Below, in pieces: positions 35,279 through 47,641 of a stretch of DNA of 64,000 bases (position 1 is its first letter; each line of letters opens with the position of its first letter). Location: positions 1 to 64,000 of the forward strand of contig RBZT01000635.1 in NCBI GenBank assembly GCA_003693705.1, read 5' to 3'. The notes under the pieces are model-generated. The model was given only the letters and a program-made list of their open reading frames with translations. It searched no databases and was not told the origin of the DNA. A program made the position numbers and the translations under genes. Source of the DNA: Polymyxa betae A26-41 (Eukaryota > Protista > Endomyxa: Phytomyxea).

Positions 35279-36361
35279 TTAGAGAGACTCCACACTCTGA
35301 ACGAAAGCAATTTGAAGAGAGAGCTCGCATTCAGCTGTTTCAAATATCCTTGGTGTCGGCGTTCCTATTTTGAGCATTTCCATCCCGGATGGAACGCCGA
35401 TTGCCAAGGTGGCAGGCGACTGGCGATTTAGTTGCGGCTGGACGCCAATGCTGTTGTAAGTATCAAATGATTTGAATTCTGGCGATCGCTTCAAAGAACT
35501 GTTAGTGAAGCGAGCTACAAGATTTAACTACAGTACTGTACTTCTTTACCAAGTGGAAAGCTTCATATTCGGCCATATAATTTCCGAAAGAGTGCCGTCT
35601 ACCGATTGAAGATTAGCGGAACAATCAAATCGAGTTTGATTCAATTGGCAGTTGATAGTTTCTCCAGATCTGCAACAGCCAAACTGCTAACTAGACAGGA
35701 ATATTTCCAGTGAAAAAGCACGGTTGAAGCACGAACGAATCTGTATCCTGAAAAAGTTGCCTCATAACATTAGCTTGTCTTGAATCTCTCCTGAAAACTG
35801 AAGCCACTCAGCATCATAGAATCTCGGTGTAGATCGAATGCCGTTGCTGATGCATCTCGTGTCGCTGTTCTGATGGTGGTGGTGGTAATAAATGTACAGA
35901 TTATTGACGAATTTGGAAATGGGAGGTTGTGTGCTCAATTTGCTGACCATTTGGATAACGTTTAATACTTGAGTAAAAACCCGGCAATTCGGAACAACCA
36001 CCATGCTGACCTTGATGGACGATGCAAGGAAGGGCATAGTTTGAATACAGACCGAGTTTCACATTGATGACGTTGCGGTTTGAATCGAACCCGTTGATTG
36101 ATGCCGAATGTTTGAAATCATTGGGGCGAGTCGACCTTCGAATGTCGGTTAAATACCGATTTTACCTACATGTAAATCAATTGACTCTTTTCGAAACAAA
36201 GATATCTATCTGTTCGTGCTGTCCTGTCGCCCTCTTCTGGAATGGATATGATATTGTAATAGCTTAAGCCTTGAGGTTCTGTCAGAGAGTCACGCTTGAA
36301 AGATACATGGCCGGGGAGCTTTTGATGTGGTTACGAAGAAAGCATTTGACTCGTTGGCCAT
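35279..36361 (-). CDS. Hypothetical multi-exon protein
   Basis: Chain of short open exons linkable by ~45-50 bp GT-AG introns; no family recognised. Confidence 0.35.
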
Positions 36362-36625
36362 AACTTGGCAAAACCAATTCTTAATATGGCAAAAGGAAAT
36401 ACTTAAACAATGCTCGACGTCCAATCAAACCGTTGGCAATGAGCATAGTGATCCAGCAAAATTACTATCAAAATGAATAATTTTATTGGTTGGGATTTTC
36501 GATGATCCCGCTGATTACCACTCACGATTTCTCAACATGACATCATCAGGCACTTGAGTGATGCCAACATGCCTCTCAACCTGATGAGATCGCGTTGGCG
36601 TCAACAACGTGATCAGAGACCGGCT

Positions 36626-38277
36626 TTAGAATGCATCATCCATACTATTCCTGGGATGGTCTGGTAGCGGATCGGGTTCATGAACAGCTTCGACGATTTC
36701 AGGCAGTGGATGTTCAACGTCACGTTCATCTTCAAACGAGCTTTCATATTCCGATTTCCCTTCTGAAGATGATGCTAGGCGGGAGTCGCCCTTTGCTGCT
36801 GACGACGATGCGTCAGGATTGATGAGATGGCCTTCATTGTCAGGCTTAACAGCCGGTGTTGCTTGAAGAGTTCCTTGAGCTTCTCTTGGGCTGGTTGTAC
36901 TTGCGACATCGAGTTCTGTGTTAACGTCATCCTTGACGCCTTCAAAATTCTCTTGCTTATGATTATCATCGCCATATTGGGGATTATTCCAATGCTCATC
37001 GAGATCAGCATCTTCGTATTCTTCATCAGCATAACCATCGTCACCACCGGCAACTTCTTTCTCGGACGTAGCAGCTTTCATTTCGCTCGAATATGCATGA
37101 GATTTCGATTCCGTATCTTCTGGTCTGCGATCTTCGTTCTGGGGTTTGCTTCTCTGTAAGACATCCTGAATGGAATCAGCAAATTGCCTATCAGTTATAG
37201 TTGCTATTAGATCTTGACGAAGCCAATCCATAATACGTCCAACATCAGATCGCGTTAACATTGTCTCTTTCAACGACTCGAGATTACTGTTAAAACCGGT
37301 CTGAAGAGCTTCTCCTCGGCGACGATCCTGTTTCGAGACAGACTCGATCTGAGCTTCTAGGGTGAGTTTCAGCTGGAACAACTCGCTGTTCTGAACGTCA
37401 ATCCGAGTCTCAACTAATCGATGCTTCTCGACAGTGTTTTCCTGCAACTATAAATAAACTTAAAACCAGCTTTCGATGCAAACAGAAAAAGATTGACAAG
37501 TTTAATTGCATACATTTGAAATTGAGAATTTCAGTAAAAGAAAAAAATACGGACCGTCAGCAAGACATCTTCAATCTCTTCTTGATAACGAGCCAGAAAT
37601 GTTCGAAATCCCTTCTCGAAGGCGATATGCGCCTCTCCCTGTCGTTCAATAATCGTTCGCAGGGCGCGATGACGCTCGTTGGTAGCCTCCTGGAGCCCAA
37701 GCAGCTCCTCGGCGAAGGCGCAGCGATCCCGCTCCTGCCGGTCCCGGCAATCGTCGATCTGGGTCGTGAAAGTCGTCACCGCCTACATTCTCAATAAGAT
37801 ACATTCGCCCATAGCCAAAGCCAACAAGAACGCCATAGCTGATAGACGCAAACGGGCCAGAGCGGTAAAAAGTCGAAATGCAATGCAAACCGATGATAGC
37901 CATGATTGGATACGAGCCGATTCATCAGCGGATCGAGAACGGAAATGATCGACGGTCTTCTCCAGCGACACTTCTAGTCTGGCAACAATTCGTTCCATGG
38001 CGTCCTCAATGGAACGTACACGATTCTCGCAGCGAAGCTCGAGCGCTTCGATTCGATTGGCAAGGCGTTCGATCGAGCGATCCGTCTTGTGGCGGTGATC
38101 AGCGATTCGTTCGATTTCGCGGTGCACTTCAAGCAAGCTATTCTCAGAGATCTTTTGTGTTTGTTGCAGCTCTCGAGCGAGTTGAAAAATGGCATTGTCA
38201 GTGCGTTTTCTAGACGGAGAGCCCTCTCTAGATGGTGCCATCCACATTCGAGAGATTTCAGGTAATTTCTGATCCAT
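36626..38277 (-). CDS. Hypothetical coiled-coil protein with acidic disordered tail
   Basis: ORFs 37783-38328, 37531-37779 and 36626-37447 lie in series on the minus strand. Confidence 0.65.
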
Positions 38278-38637
38278 GCCTGCAGTCAGAATGAGAAAAA
38301 TGTGAAGATCAATTAGCAGGTACAACATTCACTAATGTGCAAATTAATAAGCAGATCACAATATATGACAACTCGCGACATATTTATTCCAAGACAAATG
38401 TGAAAATGTTCGCGAGAGCCAAAGAGTGGAAAATATAAGTTTGATAATTGGTAAGATTGGGATAGGCAATTGCGACCTAGACGATCAGGTAGATCATGGA
38501 CAAGAGATGATTGCAAAGAAAGACGTGAAATAAGAAGAACGAATAGAGTACATAATACTGAAAACGAAGACAGACAAAGCGAGATAATCTATGCAAGAAA
38601 TCAGCATTGAAATTATCAAGTTTCCAACAAACCTACC

Positions 38638-39870
38638 TTAATCAGATAAAGTTTTGCTTTCTGCAGCTCGCCTGGCAATCGATGCATATGATAGGGTCTT
38701 GTCAGCTTCGTCCGCCTCAGGCCTAGATTCTTCAACAGCCGACGAAGGCGACGTCGACGCAGGGGCAGCTTGGCCGCCAGCTGGCGAATCTGTCAGATTG
38801 AATGCGGCAAGTGGCTCTTCGAGCGCTTTGGCAGCGTAAGACTTGTCTTTGGAAGGCGAAGGAGGGCATGAAGATGCCGGTGTCTTACCAGAGGTCGGTA
38901 GAGCTGGGAAATTCTCTAAGCTTAAATCTGGCTGTGGTTGAGGCACCGGCGCCACGCCATCAATGCATCCTTCGTCACGTCTGGTGAAGAATGGAACGAC
39001 ACGAGTCTGTCGAGGTTTCCGAGGCCGTATAGAGCCATTAGGAGTTGTAGACACACCTGGCTGGAGACTGCCATCACGAGGTTTACGAACACCGGGCCTG
39101 CGTCTGTCTCCAGGGGTTTGAGGAGCAGCAGGTCTTCGGTTCATCATCACCGATGGAATAAATACGCCAGCAGAATCACCAGGGAATAGCGGAGCTTTGC
39201 GAATATTCCAGCTGGGCGGCCGAGAACCGCCAGGATAGATTCGTGGAATTATCATTGGAATGAAGGGAGCTGCAACCAGCTTCTCCTGGTGGAAAGCTCG
39301 TGTCTGATTTTCGGATTTGACCCGGAAGCGGATCGGACGTTCGTCAAATGTCGTATTGGAGAGATGTTCGGCCGTCCTCAGGCAGGATTCTTCATCTGGA
39401 AACGAGACAAACCACGTGTCGCCGATATCCGCTCGAATGGAGACGACTTCACCGCATTTCTCATTGTCGAATACAGCTCGAATCTGTTCGATGGGCGTAT
39501 CCGCGGGGATGTCTCTTAAGATAATCGTTGTTCTTTCTGTCGCCTTCATAGATGCACGCACCTTAATCGCGGTCTCATCCAGCTCTAGCAGCTTTGAACG
39601 ACGAATAGCTTCGACGATAAGGTCGACATCTGTTGTGATCTTCTTCACCAACTTAAACTCTGCAATGACGGCGACAGGAACGAACCGCTCCTCGTCCATC
39701 TGGGACCGAAGGTAGGCATCCGAGGTCAGGTTCTGTGGCGAGAAATAAAACTCGATCTGGGTCTGCAGCGATGACGTCTTCATGCGAGTTGGGGACGCAT
39801 CTGGAGACCCATTCACCGAGGTCGGTGCCGACCAGGAATGGTAAGGTCGAGGGACGGGAGCGGCCGCCAT
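38638..39870 (-). CDS. La-related RNA-binding protein (LARP4-like)
   Basis: La motif LQTQIEFYFSPQNLTSDAYLRSQMD..VPVAVIAEFKLVKK, RRM RTTIILRDIP..DTWFVSF..RVKSE, and late motifs LSLENFPALP and SYASIA. Confidence 0.88.
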   Translation of the reverse strand: MAAAPVPRPYHSWSAPTSVNGSPDASPTRMKTSSLQTQIEFYFSPQNLTSDAYLRSQMDEERFVPVAVIAEFKLVKKITTDVDLIVEAIRRSKLLELDETAIKVRASMKATERTTIILRDIPADTPIEQIRAVFDNEKCGEVVSIRADIGDTWFVSFPDEESCLRTAEHLSNTTFDERPIRFRVKSENQTRAFHQEKLVAAPFIPMIIPRIYPGGSRPPSWNIRKAPLFPGDSAGVFIPSVMMNRRPAAPQTPGDRRRPGVRKPRDGSLQPGVSTTPNGSIRPRKPRQTRVVPFFTRRDEGCIDGVAPVPQPQPDLSLENFPALPTSGKTPASSCPPSPSKDKSYAAKALEEPLAAFNLTDSPAGGQAAPASTSPSSAVEESRPEADEADKTLSYASIARRAAESKTLSD

Positions 39871-40412
39871 GCTGATCGACCACGACGTTGAAGCAGGAAA
39901 GGAAGCGACCGAAGTGACAAGACGGACGTGGCGGAGTCCGTGGTTGCGTCTTCGCGCGGCCTCGTTCCCAGTGGGCGCGGCCTCTATGGACAGGGCCCCT
40001 ATTGTAAAACGATCGAAATTATGAATCTTGTCGTGCAATCATCGCTGTGGATTCATGAGATTGACGCCATAGTTTCCACCATAAAGCGGACGGATATGAT
40101 CTATCGAGTCCGGAAGACACGTTTAAGAGATGAGGCCCCAAATTTTATTTATAAAATTTTTTTGAGTGCAGACGAACTAAATCCTGTCGCTATCCCAAGA
40201 GAACTGCAAGCCTCACAGCTATTATCTACTTGCAAGCGTGGAATACGTAGTCTCTGCGCTCGGAGACGTCTTTATAAGGTAAAAACGGCCTATCACTAGG
40301 CTGGTATACCAACCGCGGATCGGTCAAGGTCGGTTATGTATTCCTATAACCGGAATGGGAAATCCTCAACGTTCCGTCCGAACCAGACCTCCACGGCGAT
40401 CCGGCCGGTTCC

Positions 40413-43400
40413 CTACTTTCCGAAGCGACTCATGCGAGGTCGCAGATTGTAGAGGCTGGGCCGTCCTTCTGGCATGGCTGGGGCCTCGTCTTTAGCTTGC
40501 TCCTCAACCTGGTTTACGGATGGCTGCTCTTCCTCGTCTTCAGCTTGCTCATCACCCTCCTTTTCGGATGACTGCTCTTCTTCGTCTTCAGCTTGCTCAT
40601 CACCCTCGTTTACGGATGGCTGCTCTTCCTCGTCTTCAGATTGGTCCTCACTCTCGCTTACGGATGGCTGCTCTTCCTCGTCTTCAGCTTGCTCATCACC
40701 TTCGTTTACGGATGGCTGCTCTTCCTCGTCTTCAGATTGCTCCCCTTCTACTTCAGACAATTCTTCGATGTCATCAATCTCCATCTCCTCTGTTAATCAC
40801 AGATTACAAGTGAGAAGCGGATGGCGAAATTGACCAAAACCGATATCAGATTGGGAGTCTTCGGCCGGGCATCTTGGACCGGAGAACATCGATACGATGC
40901 CGTCGATTAAGGAGGATCCGATAGCTGACAACAAATTACCTTTGCCAACTAATCGCTTGCTGGACGTGTCTTCCGAATGGGTCTCCTCACCAGTCTCTGG
41001 AAACCAGCAGTCAACACACATTAAAGCTCTCGGAGGAAAGAAGACGCTGTTTATATTTTCCAAAAAACTGGTAAATAGCGCAAAGTGAAAAAGTAAATGA
41101 TTGATTTCAGCAGCAAGAGAAATAAAGCAAGAATAAATTGCAGACGTCAATATACCCGAATCAGATGAGGAACTTTCAGCAGCTTCATTATCAGCAACAT
41201 CTGAATAGACTTGTGAGGAGGACAACGATAGAAAGAATTATCCAAGCCTACCTTCTGATCCTGATGACAGCATAATAACATTCACTAAACGACATCAGAA
41301 TAACAGCAATTTTCAGCAAAACAAAAGATACCTTCGCCGCTCTGAGCATCGCTGGACTCTTCTATCGATCCTAATTGCGATTAAATTTAAAAATGGAAAT
41401 TTCAAACAGAATGTGAGCTGTCAAAGCAAATTACCTTCGCCAGATTGAGACAGCGATTGAGTTCCGCTATTCGCGTGGTCTGAATAAAGGAGATGAACAA
41501 TACTAATTCGGAACAAGAACAATACGACCATGATGTGCAAGGCTAGGAGGCTGTTTAGCGGCGGCGAAGTCGTCCTCTATCAGGGAAATCAGCGAAACAA
41601 TACCGGCGGGGAGCGACCGACACACTACCTTCAAGCATCTGGGTCATCTCCATGGTCATCTCTAAAAGCGAATCAGTCTCCAGAAAGGAAGCCAGAAGTC
41701 CAATGAACAAAGTCGGCTGCGAAAACCGCAACTGGAGAAACCAAGCACAGACAGCAGCTTAAATCAATGTATCTTTACCAGTAGATTCTTCGATTGGGAC
41801 GGCGGCCTCGGTGTCTACAAATTTGCAGTCAGCCCAAGGAAACCCAGCTACAAACGTTCGTGTTCGATACCGGATAGAGGCGATCCGGGACCGCGAACGT
41901 CAATGACGACGGGTTCGGGGGAGGGTTTCAGCTGGTCTAGGACCTCGTCGTGGTCGCTCTCGAACTCGATCGACGAATAATCCTCGTCAGCGACAGCCCC
42001 GTCGGTCAAGATCGCATCGTGATCGTCCGCTTTCGTCGACGATAGTTGTTGCAATTTGATTGAGATTTGTTGAGAAGGCACAAACTGAAATGAGCCACCG
42101 ACCACGGTATCGGAGATCGGTGCTGATTCTATTAACATATTCGTGCTCTGGAACAATATGAGGACGATTTCGTGCATCTATGGGTGCTGTGACCTTGGTC
42201 TCAGTAGGCGACAGCTTCGGGTACAGCATTCCGTTGACAGCGGGTTGTTTTTCCTCCAGGCGGAGGGTCTCACCGACCGGCGCAGGCCTATTCGTGATAA
42301 GAGCGAGTTGACAATAGAGTAAACATCGCGAAATAAAGAATAAAGAAATGCAATAAATATCATCAGAAAGTGAGTGCAAGGCGAATACGACTCGTCCAGG
42401 CTATGAGGGCAGTATTACCGGAAGGACATGGCGGGAAGAGATGAATTAGGCAAGACGCTCGCGCAGCAATTGAACAGCGACCGAGCTCGGAGACCGTCGT
42501 CAACATCAAACAGCGGATCGGCACTCGCCTGACGACGGCGTTAGAAAAGCGATATGACCCATATTGCCAGCACTAAACGAACCGTGGGAGGGGGAATCGG
42601 CGAGTTCGACCCAGGCAGTACAGCTCGCTGGTACTTCCGTAATGCATCGTGAATGGCGCGCTGGCGAACGGCACTCGAACTGTAACGAGAAAGAGCCGCA
42701 TCATAACGTGACCGGTAAAGGTCGCACAGGATCAGGGCATCCGCACCCAGAACGTTGCCTGTTGAATTCATCAATCATGGGCGGCCGAGGCACAATGACA
42801 GCAATGTAGACCCAGTTGTTCGATCTGGGTCTGTTTCAGGGGAAGAGCACAGAGAACGTCGACCTGCCTCTTCTCAGCGAACCAAACAAAGAAAGCATCC
42901 AGGTAGGGAGTGCAAGGCTTCAGTGTTTCGAAATATTTTAAGCACTGGAAACAACATCAATAGAGCGAAGAAATAGTTAATAAATAATCGATATAAGAGG
43001 CGTTTGGTACAAAATAGAACAAAACCACTCAATTATGTCATGACATGGGCAGCATCGTACCTCGACAAAACGACCGTTCTCGAGCAGAGCTTGGCAATGC
43101 AGGCAGATCGATTGTCGGGTCGCGTCTTCACCCTGAGACCGGAAGATACGTGAGGCCTTCAAAGCCTTCTCCGGAGACTTCAGCGACCCCAGCAGTACTG
43201 ATACTATTGTGGATGTTAGCGATAGCTGCGACAGCAACGAGCCGGAGATGCTCAGGTATTTCTATCAGCAACGTCAGCAGCCGCGTATAGTCTATATCGA
43301 AATCACGCATACGAAAGCTTGCGAGACATTTTCGGTGTCCTCCTGGTCCGAGCGCAGAGCCTCGTCCAGATGCCAGAGCGTTCGGACCATCGCTGTACGT

Positions 43401-46074
43401 CCTGGATCTTGGGTCAAATACCCATGATCTGAACAGATACCGCAAAGCATGTACAATACGACATTTTTGGTCTCATCAAACTGAACACCTAGTCATTACA
43501 AATCAGCACGATTGACGAGTAAGATAAATGCAAACGACAAAAATAGGAAAACGAAGTCGTGACAAAAAAAAACTGGAATTTTTCGCCTCAAAAGATGGAA
43601 AGACTGACAGGCAGAGCGGAAAATATCACGAACGAAAAGGAACGGTGCCGAATTGTTCATCGCTTGTGGAATGATGCGACGGAACAAATAACGATTCCTG
43701 AAGCCGGCGTCTTGCCAGAGGATCTGTGCCTGCCCAAATATGTCCATATCCGGATCTAAGCAGCTTGTGAAAAGATGACAGAATCGGAGTCAACGGCTTA
43801 CTTTGCAGATCGAATAGTAGGCGGACGACCTCAGAATGGGAGAAGATGTTGCAGGGAACAATCCCAAGGCGTTGGCCGTCGCTGCCGATCATATCGACGA
43901 ATTTGCGAACTTGGTTGAGTTGGAAGTGGACTTCGTTCAGCTGCATGATTTGTTAAAAATAAGAGGAACGCAAACGCAAAACTGATAAAACGAGAAAAGT
44001 TTGAGAGGACAAAGTTTGTTGAAACAGAAACTGAGATGTTAAAGATTTCACACGTACATGACTAACAGAGAACTCACCGGGGACCATCAGGCGATCAAAA
44101 CGCGTTTGACAGTTTTGCAATCGTTGATTAATCCATTCGGTAATCTGTAAAATTAAATAGGAGCGACGACAAACAACATTAGAAAGCGGACCTGTCGGCG
44201 CTCAGAATCGGATTGCAATGAGGCGACGTATTCCTTGATAAGATAGGTGAGACCCAAACGAAACAAACAGTTCAGGAGCGAAGCGCGATGATCTTCAGCC
44301 ACATCTCGGTCGTGAACAATTCCGTGTTTGAACAGCGTTTGAAACGACATTTCGGGATCGCGCAGCATCTGTCAAGCAAATTAACTCCTAATGACAACGA
44401 CAACAACAACAGAGTTGAACTGAAATAATTGATAACTGATTTACTTCGATACAATTCGACATGAACTTCCTCATAATCTGTTCAGATTCGGAAATATGCT
44501 GGAACTTGGCCTGCACAACCTGGCCGTGCTCTCCAACAGCCAGACATGACATCTCCATACAGTTGATACTGGAATAAGGCGACGCCAGACCGCAAACAAT
44601 CGTCCCTTCCCAAGACTCATTCAGCCGAACGGAAACCTTGGCCGATTCCGATGATACTGAAGACAGCCTTTGATCAACCTACATAAATAATCAGAAACCC
44701 GGAAGGAAGTTCAAATCGAAATCGCAAATAGCCAGAAAAGCCAGACAAAAGACGAAAATGTGAAACACGAGAAAAGGCGAAAAATCAATTGAAAAATTCA
44801 ACGACTTTTTGAGAAAATCGACAAAGCAACCTTAACGACAGTCAGGTGGTTAGAATTAGAGCCGCCAGTAACGATAGCGAAGTCGTGAGTGTGCGAATCG
44901 GTGGGCCAATCACGTCCAGATCCAAGATACTGGCAGAGTCGGGACTCGGATCCATCCAGGCGAACCGATCGGATCGGCGATAGCGCCATCGACGCCTTCG
45001 ATAGCGCGAACACCACCGCAGTACAGCTCGGCCGGTCCGAACGAGCAACCAGCGAGTTCTTCTGCCGCTTGCTGGCCGGCGGTGTCGTACTGGGCCCGTA
45101 TACCAATAGCACCAAACCTAAAGCCATCGTTTGAGAAGCGCAGGCGAATCAGAGGTTGGTAGTACCGTGGAACAGGCCGATATCGTAGGCAATGTGAGTG
45201 ACGGTGCCGTCCGACGCCGATTGCAGCTTGCGAACCGAATCGCTGCCGATCTTCCAGGAGAACACTGAACCGTCCGAGCAGCCGATCAGCATCGTATTAA
45301 GTTCCGCGACGAACTCCAAACACGAGATGGCGCCTCTGCTTCCACATCGGGCCAACGCTCTGTGCCACACAACGCAGTATCACCGATCGAAATTCCAGCA
45401 CGACTGAAGGCAATGCAATGCGTACACAATCTCGTGCGAGGCAGTTTGATAGCCGTGAAGAAGAGCGAGGCTGTTATCTTCCAGAGCCAAACACAGGGCG
45501 GTATTGTCGCCGATGTCGTCATGGTTGATAGCCGTCATTCCAATCACCTTGATCTGAAGCCGGCCACGGCTGTCATACTGGTCGTTCGCCGGATGCACGA
45601 AAAACAGTTCACCGCTGAGCAATGACTCAATACGATTTCGCACCCAATATCAATGCAGAATGATCCCGAAATGGGTGCCGCAAATTTTGCAGAATCAGAA
45701 CGAGACCGAGGCTCTCATACGAGAAAAGAAAAATCAAACGCAGTGATATATTGAAGCCAATAAGAAGCCCCCAAAAAAAAACAAGATTGTTATCATATCG
45801 ACCTAGATAAACTGACAGCTATTCGATAGCTTTTATCGATGTAGCATTCGCAGGCACAAATAATGTCGCTGTCAAAGCGACGGCGACCCTGCGCCTGGCC
45901 TTTTTTTACAATAATCAAGGACGAGCCGTCAACAATCCAGAACAGCGGCTGAAAACGATCGGCTCCGCCGAACACATTCTTGGTCCAGGTGTTGTCTGCG
46001 CCGTCGACCAGGCTGGCCTCCAGCAAGCGAACCGTTTCTGTCGTCCTGCTGAAGGGATTGCCCTCGTCCAGCAT
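40413..46074 (-). CDS. ELYS: Nucleoporin ELYS/AHCTF1-like (beta-propeller, ELYS helical domain, disordered tail); many exons
   Basis: N-terminal propeller-like exons (FWIVDGSSLIIV, GAISCLEFVAELNTMLIGCSDGSVFSWKI), ELYS-domain motifs GVQFDETKNVVLYMLC, RTLWHLD and ALLENGRFVE, and a long S/E-rich C-terminus. Confidence 0.75.
40490..40750 (-). repeat. Coding minisatellite, about 5 x 48 bp, encoding EDEEEQPSVNEGDEQA
   Basis: gatggctgctcttcctcgtcttcag recurs at 40519, 40567, 40615, 40663 and 40711. Confidence 0.95.
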
Positions 46075-46465
46075 TTGTTAGAACGAATTCACCACGGACA
46101 TATAAATGTGATAGTGAGCCCTGCCTGGCCCCGTTCCTCTCAAAGTCTTCTAAACAGATTGTGAGATCCAACTAGAGACTCACTACCTAATACGTACAGT
46201 AAACTATTAATATGCTACTCGTGCTTTATTCTAATGACGATTTCAGAGGCTGGTGTTGGTTTTGTAGATTGAGTCTCGAAACCTTGGATTTTTATGTACT
46301 CGGGTTGTAGAGCTGAATAGCAGGGTTGAGAACAAGAATCTTAGGCAACGAAATTCACCGAGGTGCAGTTCCTTGGGTCTACTTTTAGCCAGAATTTGAG
46401 CCGTGCGAATTCTGCCAAAATCAGTTATGGTTGGCAAAGACCGATGCTGTCTTTGGTTAAGCAAG

Positions 46466-47076
46466 ATGGCAACGATCGCTTTCGTCTTTCTGCTGATCAT
46501 CGCCGACGACATCGTCATTGCAACGCCTTCAGAATCCAGCACAGGGATCGCAGATCTGCTCGAATCGACCAACCCGCTTTCAATAAATAGTAAAGATAGC
46601 AGTTCTGGTCGCCATTTAAATTTGGAATAGCGGCGCTGGCACGGTATTAAGACGGCGAGCTTGCAACTCCAAATCGAATTGTTGCTGCGAGTCGGGCGAA
46701 GCGTGTTGCACGGTGCATCGTGGAGCAACGCAGACATGAGAGCTTCTCCCTGGTGTAGTAATCTGTTCCTGTATGGTGGTTGCTGTAATCGCATCGCCAA
46801 CGATATTGTTGGATCCCTGAGCGTTTGCCCCGTTTGCAGTGCTGCCGGGAATGTCCTGCGTGTTTTACGGCAGAAGTGATCGTCGACAACTGTTTTATAA
46901 CCGGAAGAGCACCATCCATCAACTGGCACGAAGCCGATCCTGTCTTTCCCTCAAATGCCACGATTAATTTGAAAGAGCATGCTGCTGCGCCGTTGATCGA
47001 GGCCACTGGTGGCCGCGTCTCAAACCCCTCATTGTACAGATCAGACCGCTCGGAGAGTTCAATGTTCAATAATTGA
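46466..47076 (+). CDS. Putative small secreted Cys-rich protein (splicing unresolved)
   Basis: Signal-like MATIAFVFLLIIADDIVIA; downstream frames are rich in Cys (CNSKSNCCCESGEACC, CCRECPACF). Confidence 0.35.
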
Positions 47077-47103
47077 TTCGCATCGCGCTTGCCCTTCTGG
47101 CGT

Positions 47104-47604
47104 TTAAGATGGCTCAGTCGACTGGTAAATGAATTGGAAAGTCGAGATGCTGGCAGTTAAAATACCAAGAGAGGTCTCCAGCAAACACATGGCTTGCAAC
47201 GAATAGAAAGCGAATAGGATGCGACATTCGCTACAAACAAAATCGCAATGTAGTGTATCAACTTAGAAAGAGCCCGGTTGCAGCAACAGCATCGGCGTAA
47301 TATGAGAAGCTGAAAAACAAACCAGATGCAAAGCCAGTCTGGTCATTTCGCTAATTTCTACAATAATTATATCGATATAAATAAGCTTTAGTCATGATTG
47401 TGATGGTTTGAATGAATCGAATGTTGAAAATCTGATTCAACTCCTTTCAAAAATTTCTTAATGCCGAGTAACAAATCCCAAAGCACGACGGCTTGGAGAT
47501 GGGAATCCCCAAGCAAGTGAAATCGATGGCCAATCTTCATATCAAACAAACAAACCTGACAAGAAAGGAACGCGAGCATCTCCATTGCCATTGAAGAAAG
47601 ACAT
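47104..47604 (-). CDS. Small membrane protein, weakly TMEM17/216-like
   Basis: Exon fragments MSFFNGNGDARVPFLS, EISEMTRLALHLV and FAFYSLQAMCLLETSLGILTAS; weak resemblance only. Confidence 0.3.
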
Positions 47605-47641
47605 TTGCCGCGCTCGATAAGCATGGTGCGGTAACGTATCC

